Of a stretch of DNA of 64,000 nt, positions 48,475-56,154 are shown in pieces; position 1 is the first letter of the stretch, and each line of letters begins with the position of its first letter. The stretch comes from a virus (Duplodnaviria; Caudoviricetes): IMG/VR virus record IMGVR_UViG_3300010998_000026, positions 12,142 to 76,141 of that record; one strand, written 5' to 3'. A model generated the notes under the pieces. The model was not told the origin of the DNA and made no database searches. It saw only the letters and a list, made by a program, of their open reading frames with translations. A program made the position numbers and the translations under genes.

Positions 48475-48804
48475 ATGAAAATTTACATTTACGTAGATGA
48501 TATTCGTGATGATGATACTTATTATAATATGAATCTTTATCCCGAGTGGCGTCTAATCATCTGTCGCGATTATAATCAGACTGTACAAGTTCTCACTCAA
48601 CATCTTACAGATGAAATTTTCATTGACCTTGACCATGATCTTGGTTTTGATGATGATAATTATGAATATTCTGGTTATGATATTTGTAAGTTTATTATTC
48701 AACACCGAATTCCACTTGCCGGTTTTCACATCCATAGTATGAATCCTGTTGGTGTACAGAATATGCGGCAACTACTTACCCATTATGGATATAAGGAATA
48801 TTAA
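48475..48804 (+). CDS. Cyclic-phosphate-processing receiver (cREC) domain protein
   Basis: IYVDDIR, IDLDHDLG, SGYDICKFI, IHSMNPVG..NM. Confidence 0.8.
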   Translation: MKIYIYVDDIRDDDTYYNMNLYPEWRLIICRDYNQTVQVLTQHLTDEIFIDLDHDLGFDDDNYEYSGYDICKFIIQHRIPLAGFHIHSMNPVGVQNMRQLLTHYGYKEY

Positions 48805-48807
48805 TAT

Positions 48808-48836
48808 TTGACTTCTTTCTAAAATTATGTTATAAT
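48808..48836 (+). promoter_or_regulatory. Promoter upstream of tRNA-Arg/suppressor tRNA unit
   Basis: TTGACT-17-TATAAT. Confidence 0.8.
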
Positions 48837-48976
48837 AATTATGTTAAGAGCGTGGGACATATAGCGGCGACTCTTAACATTAGCTAAACGTGAAGGGAAC
48901 AAGTTACCTTAGAAGACTTGCACGTCAGTGGACCTGTAACGGGAGGAGAAGGTCGTAAATATTCTCCCTCCACTAT

Positions 48977-49052
48977 CTCTCGTTCGTCTAATGGACTAGG
49001 ACAATAGACTACGGATCTATTAATGAGGGTTCAAATCCTTCACGGGAGACCA
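48977..49052 (+). tRNA. tRNA-Arg(ACG)
   Basis: ataga-CTACGGA-tctat; CCA. Confidence 0.9.
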
Positions 49053-49054
49053 TT

Positions 49055-49130
49055 ACGACGATTACAGCAAATTTTTATAATAATATAAGCAATAATCTTT
49101 TAAATTATGTAGCTAATTTTAAATCGTCGT
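49055..49130 (+). ncRNA. CAGCAA-family RNA 4 with Lys(TTT)-like anticodon stem-loop
   Basis: acgacgatt/aatcgtcgt; ACAGCAA; ataat-CTTTTAA-attat. Confidence 0.65.
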
Positions 49131-49142
49131 GTTATTTATTAT

Positions 49143-49237
49143 AGCCCCTTAGCTCAATTGGTAGAGCACCGGTCTCTAAAACCGTGATATGCCTCTGAAG
49201 CAGGTTGTTCTGGGTTCGACTCCCAGAGGGGTTGCCA
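49143..49237 (+). tRNA. Amber suppressor tRNA (CTA), probably Gln
   Basis: cggt-CTCTAAA-accg; agcccct/aggggtt, G73, CCA; long variable arm. Confidence 0.85.
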
Positions 49238-49242
49238 TAGTT

Positions 49243-49319
49243 TAGACCATTACAGCAATTATTTAATGAATTAAAGAAAATATTTTTGCTACAAATCCTT
49301 TCTCAAATTAAATGGTCTA
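49243..49319 (+). ncRNA. CAGCAA-family RNA 5
   Basis: tagaccatt/aatggtcta; ACAGCAA; weak attt-TTGCTAC-aaat hairpin. Confidence 0.65.
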
Positions 49320-49326
49320 GTTTTAT

Positions 49327-49397
49327 GCGGCTATAGTGTAGCGGTAACATTGATGCTTGCCATGCATCCATCACCAGTTCGAGCCTGGTTAGCCGCT
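49327..49397 (+). tRNA. tRNA-Gly(GCC)
   Basis: gatgc-TTGCCAT-gcatc. Confidence 0.85.
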
Positions 49398-49453
49398 TTA
49401 AAATTGAATAACTAGGAATAATTTCCTAGTTATTTTGTTTCTAAGGAGATTTT

Positions 49454-49696
49454 ATGCGAAAAGGTAGGCAAATTGATCATAATTGGGATATACGAAGATA
49501 TAAAGGTGATTGTGCCTTTTATGCCTATTGTAAATGTGGATTTTATTATCCTTGTCATAAAATATCTCATAGTACAGATATTTTTAAAACAGAAATTGAC
49601 TTAAATAAAATATATCATTATTGTCCCAATTGCGGCGCACATAAAAAATGGTATAATGATATTCCAAGAAAAATTAATAAATTTCAATGGGAATAA
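49454..49696 (+). CDS. Small Zn-ribbon protein
   Basis: CKCG..YHYCPNCGA. Confidence 0.75.
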   Translation: MRKGRQIDHNWDIRRYKGDCAFYAYCKCGFYYPCHKISHSTDIFKTEIDLNKIYHYCPNCGAHKKWYNDIPRKINKFQWE

Positions 49697-49700
49697 TTAA

Positions 49701-49729
49701 TTGACATTATATTAAAATTATGTTATAAT
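49701..49729 (+). promoter_or_regulatory. sigma70-type promoter
   Basis: TTGACA-17-TATAAT. Confidence 0.8.
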
Positions 49730-49754
49730 AAATATGTTGAAAGGGGAGAAAAAG

Positions 49755-49928
49755 ATGACTAAGGTTGGAGATAAAGTTAGAATTATCTTTATGTCTGGTG
49801 AACCACAGTATACTGGAAAAGAAGGAATTGTTAAATATATTGATGATGCGGGACTAATTCATGGAACTTGGGGCGGTTGTGCTATTGTCCCAGGTGAAGA
49901 TGAATGGGAAATTATTAATGGGAAGTGA
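49755..49928 (+). CDS. DUF4314-like small SH3-fold protein
   Basis: VGDKVRIIFM..GIVKYIDDAGLIHGTW..IVPGED. Confidence 0.7.
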   Translation: MTKVGDKVRIIFMSGEPQYTGKEGIVKYIDDAGLIHGTWGGCAIVPGEDEWEIINGK

Positions 49929-50078
49929 TTGACGCATCAGGGTAGCGTCCGCTGTGGCAATCGTCACCGGCCTCGGGCAAACAGAGGTCTATGCGTAAGG
50001 GTCATATGAGCATTTTAATTGCACGCACCGAAGGTGGTCCGCACATCACCTGGGGTTCAAATCCCCCACTTTCCACCA
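49920..50078 (+). ncRNA. 159-nt tRNA/tmRNA-like RNA with G3:U70 acceptor and ACCA end
   Basis: gggaagt/actttcc-A-CCA; gggg-TTCAAAT-cccc; ~100-nt structured interior. Confidence 0.65.
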
Positions 50079-50148
50079 AGGCACGCTGGTTCTGCCTATA
50101 AGACCAGTCATCGGGTACAGGTCGATGTAAAATATAATTTGTACGTTA

Positions 50149-50223
50149 GCGGGTATAGCCAAGCGGTATGGCATCACACTTTTAATGTGAGCACGTTGGG
50201 TCCGACTCCCAATACCCGCACCA
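50149..50223 (+). tRNA. tRNA-Lys(TTT)
   Basis: tcaca-CTTTTAA-tgtga; CCA. Confidence 0.85.
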
Positions 50224-50226
50224 TAT

Positions 50227-50301
50227 ACCTCACTAGCATAATGGTAGTGCATTTGATTCTTAATCAAAGTTGTCAGGGTTCAAGTCCCTGGTGAGGTACC
50301 A
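50227..50301 (+). tRNA. tRNA-Lys(CTT)
   Basis: tttga-TTCTTAA-tcaaa; CCA. Confidence 0.85.
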
Positions 50302-50398
50302 GTGGCGGCGGCGCCCGTCAGCAGTGTCTGATCAACACAAAACCGACCCATGTGCGTTCCGCAACTTCACATGTAAAGCTAAAAAAGTTGCGACGCGT

Positions 50399-50474
50399 GC
50401 CTTCGTAGCTCAATTGGTAGAGCACTTCTATGGTAAAGAAGAGGTAGTCAGTTCAAATCTGACCGTAGGCTCCA
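50399..50474 (+). tRNA. tRNA-Thr(GGT)
   Basis: cttct-ATGGTAA-agaag; CCA. Confidence 0.85.
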
Positions 50475-50478
50475 ATAT

Positions 50479-50551
50479 GCACGCATAGCTCAGTTGGGAG
50501 AGCACCACGTTTACACCGTGGGTGTCGGCGGTTCGAGTCCGTCTGTGTGCA
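50479..50551 (+). tRNA. tRNA-Val(TAC)
   Basis: ccacg-TTTACAC-cgtgg. Confidence 0.9.
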
Positions 50552-50777
50552 TTATTAAATATATGACCAACACGCGAACAACCTGTTCTATTTAAAATGC
50601 CAGTCTACTTGTTGCCGAAAGTAGTGCGGGAGCGGCAACTCCCAAAAGGTGAAGCGCGGCCACCATAAGAGTACGCCGGACACCTCGCCCGTTGAGGAGG
50701 GAAATGTAGAGTAGAAACCCACCATTCTCTACTACCAGAACATAAGGGCATATGGAATGGTAAATTGTGGGATTTAT

Positions 50778-50834
50778 GGGAATGTGGTGTATGGGCATTG
50801 CTTCTTGGTTGAGGTTCGATTCCTCACTTTCCCT
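50778..50834 (+). pseudogene. tRNA-like RNA lacking anticodon arm
   Basis: gggaatg/ctttccc acceptor, short D arm, tgagg-TTCGATT-cctca. Confidence 0.55.
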
Positions 50835-50837
50835 CAT

Positions 50838-50908
50838 AGGAGTTTAGGATAATAGTAGTCTACTTGTCTCCAAAACAAGTGGTGGGTGTTCAAATCACTC
50901 AACTCCTG
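50838..50908 (+). tRNA. tRNA-Trp(CCA)
   Basis: cttgt-CTCCAAA-acaag. Confidence 0.8.
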
Positions 50909-50915
50909 CTTATAT

Positions 50916-50987
50916 GTGGTCGGTAGTTTAACGGTAAAACCTCGGATTGTGGCTCCGAAGACGCAGGTTCAACTCCTGTCCTTCCAA
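50916..50987 (+). tRNA. tRNA-His(GTG), two acceptor mismatches
   Basis: tcgga-TTGTGGC-tccga; G-1. Confidence 0.7.
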
Positions 50988-50997
50988 TTTTATTTAC

Positions 50998-51073
50998 GCC
51001 GAGGTAGCTCAGCAGGAAGAGCAGGAGACTGAAAATCTCCGTGCCGGTGGTTCAATTCCGCCCCTCGGCACCA
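50998..51073 (+). tRNA. tRNA-Phe(GAA)
   Basis: ggaga-CTGAAAA-tctcc; CCA. Confidence 0.9.
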
Positions 51074-51077
51074 ATAC

Positions 51078-51149
51078 GCGCCGAATACTCGTCGGCCGGG
51101 TGAAGCACTGCAAATGCTTTGTTAGTAGGTTCAACTCCTACTCGGCGCT
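51078..51149 (+). tRNA. tRNA-Cys(GCA), atypical D arm
   Basis: aagca-CTGCAAA-tgctt; U73. Confidence 0.75.
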
Positions 51150-51167
51150 TAATAAGGAGGAATTATT

Positions 51168-51425
51168 ATGTATAATGTGGATAGAATCAATGAATGGAAA
51201 GAAAAAATTACTAATCATTTCTTTTATCAATTTTTACAAAATCTAAAAACCGTTGACGAACCAAAAATTGGCTCATCCGCGTGGGAAGATGTATTTGAAG
51301 CAACTTGTAAACAGGAAGGCGAAGAAGAATTATATAATGAATATCGTGATTTTCCCCCTGTAGATAAAAATGCTATTTATGAATTTTTACAAATTAAAAC
51401 AATTGACTTTCGGAGAAAATTGTGA
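51168..51425 (+). CDS. Hypothetical protein
   Basis: RBS AAGGAGG; intact ORF. Confidence 0.75.
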   Translation: MYNVDRINEWKEKITNHFFYQFLQNLKTVDEPKIGSSAWEDVFEATCKQEGEEELYNEYRDFPPVDKNAIYEFLQIKTIDFRRKL

Positions 51426-51431
51426 TATAAT
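51403..51431 (+). promoter_or_regulatory. sigma70-type promoter
   Basis: TTGACT-17-TATAAT. Confidence 0.75.
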
Positions 51432-51454
51432 ATAAATATAAAGAATAGATACTT

Positions 51455-51528
51455 ACAGGATGTGGTGTAATGGTAACATGTCGCATTTGGGATGCGAAGT
51501 AGCGGTTCGAATCCGACATCTTGTACCA
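51455..51528 (+). tRNA. tRNA-Pro(TGG)
   Basis: tcgca-TTTGGGA-tgcga; ACCA end. Confidence 0.8.
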
Positions 51529-51611
51529 TGGGGAACGGAAAGGTAGCTCCTTATACGGGATTTAAGAGTGCCTCTATCACTCAGCCATAATTTTCAATAG
51601 AGGTGAAAATT

Positions 51612-52169
51612 ATGCCTAAAAAATGGACGCAAGAAACTTTTGAACAAAAAATAAAAGAATATAGCAATGATACTGTAATAGTAATTGGGCAATATATAAA
51701 TAGAAAAACACCGGTTGAAATAGAATGTAAAACTTGTCACTATCAATGGTCTTATTCTCCTTTATCATTAATGCCTTCTTCTTAGAAAAAATATCATTTT
51801 AAAGGATGCCCTAATTGTAAATATATAGAAACTACTTGTTAGGAATGTGGTAAAACATTTAAAATTTTAAAATCTAAAATAAAAGAACAAAATTTTTGTT
51901 CAATAAAATGTGGTAATAGGTATAAAAATCATAGTAGGATAAATATTATTGATGGTTTTGCATATCGTAGAAATGCTTTCTTATATTATCCTCATAAATG
52001 TAAAATTTGTGGTTGGGATAAAGATGAAAGAATATTAGAAGTGCATCATATAGATGAAAATAGAAATAATAACAATATATCTAATTTGATAATATTGTGT
52101 CCTATCTGTCATAAATATTTAACTCTACATTTATATACATTAGAACAATTATTAAATCAGAATAAATAA
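51612..52169 (+). CDS. Zn-finger HNH homing endonuclease (TAG=Gln)
   Basis: Several CxxC motifs; EVHHIDENRNNNNISNLIILCPICH; two in-frame TAG. Confidence 0.85.
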
Positions 52170-52174
52170 TGATT

Positions 52175-52245
52175 GCCCTATTAATGTAATGGCAACATAA
52201 ATGTTTCGTAATCATTTTATGAAGGTTCAAATCCTTCATAGGGCT
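52175..52245 (+). tRNA. tRNA-Thr(CGT)
   Basis: aatgt-TTCGTAA-tcatt. Confidence 0.75.
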
Positions 52246-52262
52246 TGAATAAGGAGGTTATT

Positions 52263-52598
52263 ATGGAAGAAAGACAACCTATTTATCGTATTTTCGTATT
52301 TGAAAAACCTAATTGTGAACATCTAACGCCAGTGGGAACACCTACAGGTTGGCCAGATACTGGTGAAATAAATGATGTTGGCTTTTATTATGAAAAAGAA
52401 ACTGCTATTCAAGCCTTACATGAAAATTGGTGTGATATTCAGGATCATTGTTTCTATGCCGCGTTTGTCATAAAACATGAGCCTGGTTTGTATCCTGCCG
52501 CTACTAATCAAGAAAGAATTTACTTTGTTTGGGATGATGAAAGAGAAGGCTTCTTTGAAGCAGAAGAACCAGAAATTTTTCATCATTTTGCTTATTAA
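52263..52598 (+). CDS. Hypothetical protein
   Basis: RBS AAGGAGG; intact ORF. Confidence 0.75.
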   Translation: MEERQPIYRIFVFEKPNCEHLTPVGTPTGWPDTGEINDVGFYYEKETAIQALHENWCDIQDHCFYAAFVIKHEPGLYPAATNQERIYFVWDDEREGFFEAEEPEIFHHFAY

Positions 52599-52615
52599 AT
52601 AGGAGAATATTTAAT

Positions 52616-53068
52616 ATGAAATTATATACTTCCTATTGGGCACAAGTAAGAAATTTTCCAAAAAATCTTGTCGGTTTAAATACCACTGTATGGCCGCCAC
52701 GATGGCGTCCTATGGGAAAAGATAAGAATGGAGTTCTTGTAATTGATTGCCCTCCATTAAAACCTGGCGCGGAATGTAGTGGTTTATGTAATGGACCAGA
52801 TGATTGTAGATATAACGAATCTCATAATTGTCTATTTTTACGTACTTATTATTATCAGTTAGAACAAATTGATTTTGATCATTTTATATATCAACTTCAA
52901 AAATTACATGATGATATTTGTACCGGAGAAAATCTTGAAGATGTAGATTTTGCTTTTATTGTCTATGAAAAATATAATAGTCCATGTAGTGAACGTTGGC
53001 CTATACAAAAATGGTTTAAAAAACATAATATGGAGATACGAGAATGGCAATTAGACAACAACCAATAA
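52616..53068 (+). CDS. Hypothetical protein (DUF488-like N-terminus)
   Basis: MKLYTSYW..CSERW. Confidence 0.65.
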   Translation: MKLYTSYWAQVRNFPKNLVGLNTTVWPPRWRPMGKDKNGVLVIDCPPLKPGAECSGLCNGPDDCRYNESHNCLFLRTYYYQLEQIDFDHFIYQLQKLHDDICTGENLEDVDFAFIVYEKYNSPCSERWPIQKWFKKHNMEIREWQLDNNQ

Positions 53069-53325
53069 TAACAGAACAGGGTTTTATGGATGCTATTGAA
53101 AAAGCATATGAAAATGAAACTACCTGTTTTATCCAATGGAAAGATGTAGATGTATCTACTTTTGAGCCAGAAGTTGTTACAGCAGAAAATTTTATTTGGT
53201 ATCAAACAAATCCAAATGATGCTTGGTGGTATATTGAAAATGGCCAAGCAAGATGTTGGGAATTATTTCCAAATCGCGAAGAAAGAGATTTACCTTGGAG
53301 AGAAATAAAAAATGATTTGGTTTAA
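53044..53325 (+). CDS. Hypothetical protein
   Basis: Overlapping operon ORF. Confidence 0.7.
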   Translation: MAIRQQPIITEQGFMDAIEKAYENETTCFIQWKDVDVSTFEPEVVTAENFIWYQTNPNDAWWYIENGQARCWELFPNREERDLPWREIKNDLV

Positions 53326-53710
53326 GAAAAAAGAGCCAGAAGTTGCTCAACCGCCGCCAGAAATAAAACATGAATGTCATCATAAATGGAAAGATTTTGA
53401 TTGGTATATTGAAATGGAATATAATAGATATTTAAGTGGTCCATATGGTAGAGTAGAAATTAAAATTATAGAACCTTATGTATGTGTTCTATGCGGTGAA
53501 CGTGAAGATAAACAACTTATGCGCTATTATAATGATAAAATAAGCGAAGAAGATGCTCGTGAACAATTAAGAAAAATTACTAATGAACATAAATCTTTTC
53601 TTAAATCACGTTTACAAATTGAAGATGAAATTGCCGATATGCAACATCATATAGATAGAGAATATTTACAAATTTTAGAAAATTTATTTCCTCATAGAGT
53701 AGGAAAATAA
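53312..53710 (+). CDS. Hypothetical protein with CxH..CxxC motif
   Basis: Overlapping operon ORF. Confidence 0.7.
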   Translation: MIWFKKKEPEVAQPPPEIKHECHHKWKDFDWYIEMEYNRYLSGPYGRVEIKIIEPYVCVLCGEREDKQLMRYYNDKISEEDAREQLRKITNEHKSFLKSRLQIEDEIADMQHHIDREYLQILENLFPHRVGK

Positions 53711-53714
53711 TTAT

Positions 53715-53743
53715 TTGACATAAATATAAATTTATGATATAAT
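53715..53743 (+). promoter_or_regulatory. sigma70-type promoter
   Basis: TTGACA-17-TATAAT. Confidence 0.8.
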
Positions 53744-53772
53744 AAATATGCAAAGAGAAAGGAGAATTAAAA

Positions 53773-53961
53773 ATGGAAAACGAGAATAAAAATGCAACCA
53801 TAAGTTTTAGTTTTTACCCTGAAGATTATGCTGACGTTGATTTAACTTTCCGTTGTAGTGAAGATTTAGATTTTGGAGAGCTTTTAAGTTACTTTCGTCG
53901 TTTTGCAATTGCTTTAAGTTTTAGCCCTACTACTATTGATAAATATCTTGGAGAGGAATAA
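53773..53961 (+). CDS. Small acidic hypothetical protein
   Basis: RBS AAGGAG. Confidence 0.7.
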   Translation: MENENKNATISFSFYPEDYADVDLTFRCSEDLDFGELLSYFRRFAIALSFSPTTIDKYLGEE

Positions 53962-53970
53962 CTCTCCCTT

Positions 53971-54046
53971 CGGGCACTAGCTAAATTGGTGGTAGCGGCG
54001 GCCTTATAAGCCGTGTTTTATCTGGGTTCGAGTCCCAGGTGCCCGA
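53971..54046 (+). tRNA. tRNA-Ile(TAT)
   Basis: gcggc-CTTATAA-gccgt. Confidence 0.8.
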
Positions 54047-54068
54047 TTATTTTAAAGAGGTGTATATA

Positions 54069-54362
54069 ATGGGAAAAATTGAATATGGATGGAAATGCCC
54101 AGTATGTAATGCTGTAATGGCTCCCTGGTAGAAATCATGTATAAATTGTTTAGGTAGTAATCATACTACTACTGTTACAGGTAATAAAATTATAATAGAA
54201 AATCCAAAACCAGTAGAATATGAACCTGCTCCTTGGTGGACTAATCCAATGATTAATTGGGATGTTATCTGCGAGCCTAAAACAGTAAATAGCGATCAAA
54301 TTACTTGTACCACGACAAATTTTTTGAAAAATGCTTTAAAAAATAATGGAATAAATATTTGA
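54069..54362 (+). CDS. Small Zn-finger protein (TAG=Gln)
   Basis: RBS GAGGTG; GWKCPVCNAVMAPWQKSCINC. Confidence 0.75.
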
Positions 54363-54387
54363 CTTTTTGTAAAAAATTTGGTATAAT
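54359..54387 (+). promoter_or_regulatory. sigma70-type promoter
   Basis: TTGACT-17-TATAAT. Confidence 0.8.
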
Positions 54388-54394
54388 AGATATG

Positions 54395-54960
54395 TAAGGA
54401 AGAAAGGGGTAGTTGACGATGTATAATTCTCACCTAGTGTTTTCCTCCTCCTGGTCTAAGGTGCGTCAAGCTAAGGAACTTGACGAGTATCAGAAATGGG
54501 CGCTTTACTACTAAGAAGTAGTACGAATTTACGGTAAGTCGTTATACGGCGCCACCGTTATCTTTTATAAAGTAAGTTGGCCAGCCGAAATATAAAAGAA
54601 ACCGTTCCCTAATTGAATCCCGACGGTATATAAAAATAGGATTCTTTCCGTGGAGATGGTTAGCCCTAACGCAACTTCCGTGTGCGGTGAGATCGAATTA
54701 AATGCCTATGGGACGTGTTGGCGGCTGAGCAACCGCAGTACCTGTGAAAACAGCATCACGAGAGGACTAATAAAAGGCTCACAATGCATTGGGGTTAGGT
54801 GGTGAATTGCCTCACTAATAGGTGGAAAACCACACAGGTTTAACTGATAACCGAATTAATATCAGTTGATATAAAGTGGCTAAGCCGATAGCCAAGAAAG
54901 CGGAATAAAGAAGTAAATGATGTACCGCCCACTTTCATCATTTTCATCGGCTTTTTCTTT
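54395..54960 (+). ncRNA. Candidate ~560-nt structured ncRNA, family not identified
   Basis: Own promoter, no long ORF, many hairpins, ends at tRNA-Ser. Confidence 0.5.
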
Positions 54961-54963
54961 TAC

Positions 54964-55056
54964 GGAGCCATAAGCCTAATTGGTAAGGCAGCGCACTGCT
55001 AACGCGCGAGTAATCTGTTAAAGGGTGTGAAGGTTCAAGTCCTTCTGGCTCCGCCA
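54964..55056 (+). tRNA. tRNA-Ser(GCT)
   Basis: CTGCTAA loop; long variable region; GCCA. Confidence 0.85.
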
Positions 55057-55058
55057 AT

Positions 55059-55133
55059 GGGCGAGTAACCGAATTTGGCATAGGTACTAGACTAAGAATC
55101 TAGGTTTTGGGAGTTCAACTCTCCCCTGGCCCA
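55059..55133 (+). tRNA. tRNA-Leu(AAG), second copy, short variable loop
   Basis: ctaga-CTAAGAA-tctag. Confidence 0.7.
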
Positions 55134-55141
55134 CTTAATAT

Positions 55142-55215
55142 AGCCGGATAGCCTAATGGAAGGGCAGCGGACTTTGACTCCGCTTGTGAAAGTTCAATTC
55201 TTTCTCCGGCTGCCA
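55142..55215 (+). tRNA. tRNA-Gln(TTG)
   Basis: gcgga-CTTTGAC-tccgc; A1-U72, G73, CCA. Confidence 0.85.
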
Positions 55216-55218
55216 TTT

Positions 55219-55285
55219 AAGACCCATACAGCAAATTTTATTAATCATCAAACAGTAAATTTGACACGATATGGCAATGGGTCTT
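55219..55285 (+). ncRNA. CAGCAA-family RNA 6 with GTA-containing anticodon-like stem-loop
   Basis: aagacccat/atgggtctt; ACAGCAA; tcaaa-CAGTAAA-tttga. Confidence 0.65.
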
Positions 55286-55290
55286 GATAT

Positions 55291-55362
55291 GCCCTTGTAG
55301 TTTAATTGGTAAAACGATGGATTTGTAATCCTTCGTTCGCGGTCCGAGTCCGCGCGAGGGCT
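55291..55362 (+). tRNA. tRNA-Thr(TGT)
   Basis: TTTGTAA loop; gcccttg/cgagggc. Confidence 0.8.
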
Positions 55363-55398
55363 CTAGTTGGTGAAGCGATAACACCATCTAAAACACTT

Positions 55399-55511
55399 TA
55401 GGCCATTACAGCAAGTTGTCTCGCTCTCAGCGAGGGTAGCCGAATTGGATCAGGCATTTGATTGATAATCAAAATATTTGGGTTCGAGTCCCAACCTTAA
55501 AATATGGTCTA
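55399..55511 (+). ncRNA. CAGCAA-family RNA 7 enclosing tRNA-Ile(GAT)-like body with permuted acceptor
   Basis: taggccat/atggtcta; ctcgct-ctc-agcgag hairpin, D arm, tttga-TTGATAA-tcaaa, T arm. Confidence 0.7.
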
Positions 55512-55582
55512 GTTATTATTATGAATTGCGGTTGAAGTCTTCGGATGAAACCTGCCCCAAAGGATGTGTCTAGCGGGATTAT

Positions 55583-55671
55583 GGCAGATGAACATGGCCG
55601 GCGCTGTGCTCCGCCTTGAAAGCGGGTGGTACCAGGGATGGTATGGGGATCGACACCTCCGTCTGTCGCCA
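55583..55671 (+). tRNA. tRNA-Ser(TGA) with 8/4 acceptor/T-stem fold
   Basis: 8-bp ggcagatg/cgtctgtc, 4-bp gggg/cctc T stem, long variable arm, G73 CCA. Confidence 0.75.
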
Positions 55672-55692
55672 TTTAAAATAAAGGATGATTTT

Positions 55693-55878
55693 ATGACAGT
55701 TTAGCAACTAATTGAAGAATTAAAGAAACTTCCACCAAATGCTTATATTGCTACATATAATGATATTGATTGGTGGAATAAAGATGACCCTGAACAAATA
55801 AAATTTAAAAAATGCATTTGGGTACATAGTAATTATCCATATAACAAACCAGACTTTGAGTATTATAATTTGGAGTGA
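55693..55878 (+). CDS. Small hypothetical protein (TAG=Gln)
   Basis: MTVQQLIEELKKLP, first Q is TAG. Confidence 0.7.
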
Positions 55879-55883
55879 TTATT

Positions 55884-56153
55884 ATGAGAGACACCGCGGA
55901 AAAACGCCATAATGATTGGAAAAAAGCAATTCGTAAACGAAATCTTGATCGTGCGCTTGATACGGGTACCTATCATCATGACTGGTATGATAATTTACAT
56001 CAATATTCAAAAAATAAAATTCATTGTTCTTGTCCTCTATGTGCTGAAAAAACAAATAATAAACATATTAAAAATTCTTGGCTTCCTAATACCAATTGGA
56101 GCATGAGAGATAGAAAACAAATTGATAAACTTAATTATCAAGAAGAGGAATAA
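55884..56153 (+). CDS. Basic hypothetical protein
   Basis: YSKNKIHCSCPLC. Confidence 0.75.
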   Translation: MRDTAEKRHNDWKKAIRKRNLDRALDTGTYHHDWYDNLHQYSKNKIHCSCPLCAEKTNNKHIKNSWLPNTNWSMRDRKQIDKLNYQEEE

Positions 56154-56154
56154 A

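Noticed and set aside
49238-49320. Theta (HDV-like) ribozyme expected after a suppressor tRNA
   Set aside because: No nested double-pseudoknot pattern recognised; the sequence is an AU-rich CAGCAA element
50019-50488. ORFs 50019 and 50270, also 46806, 46828 and 50947
   Set aside because: They overlap tRNA genes and have no coding features
55583-55671. Selenocysteine or opal suppressor tRNA that might explain the TGA at 17733
   Set aside because: Anticodon reads TGA (Ser), not TCA
39300-55700. CRISPR array
   Set aside because: No regularly spaced identical repeats; repeated motifs are promoters, tRNAs and dispersed stems
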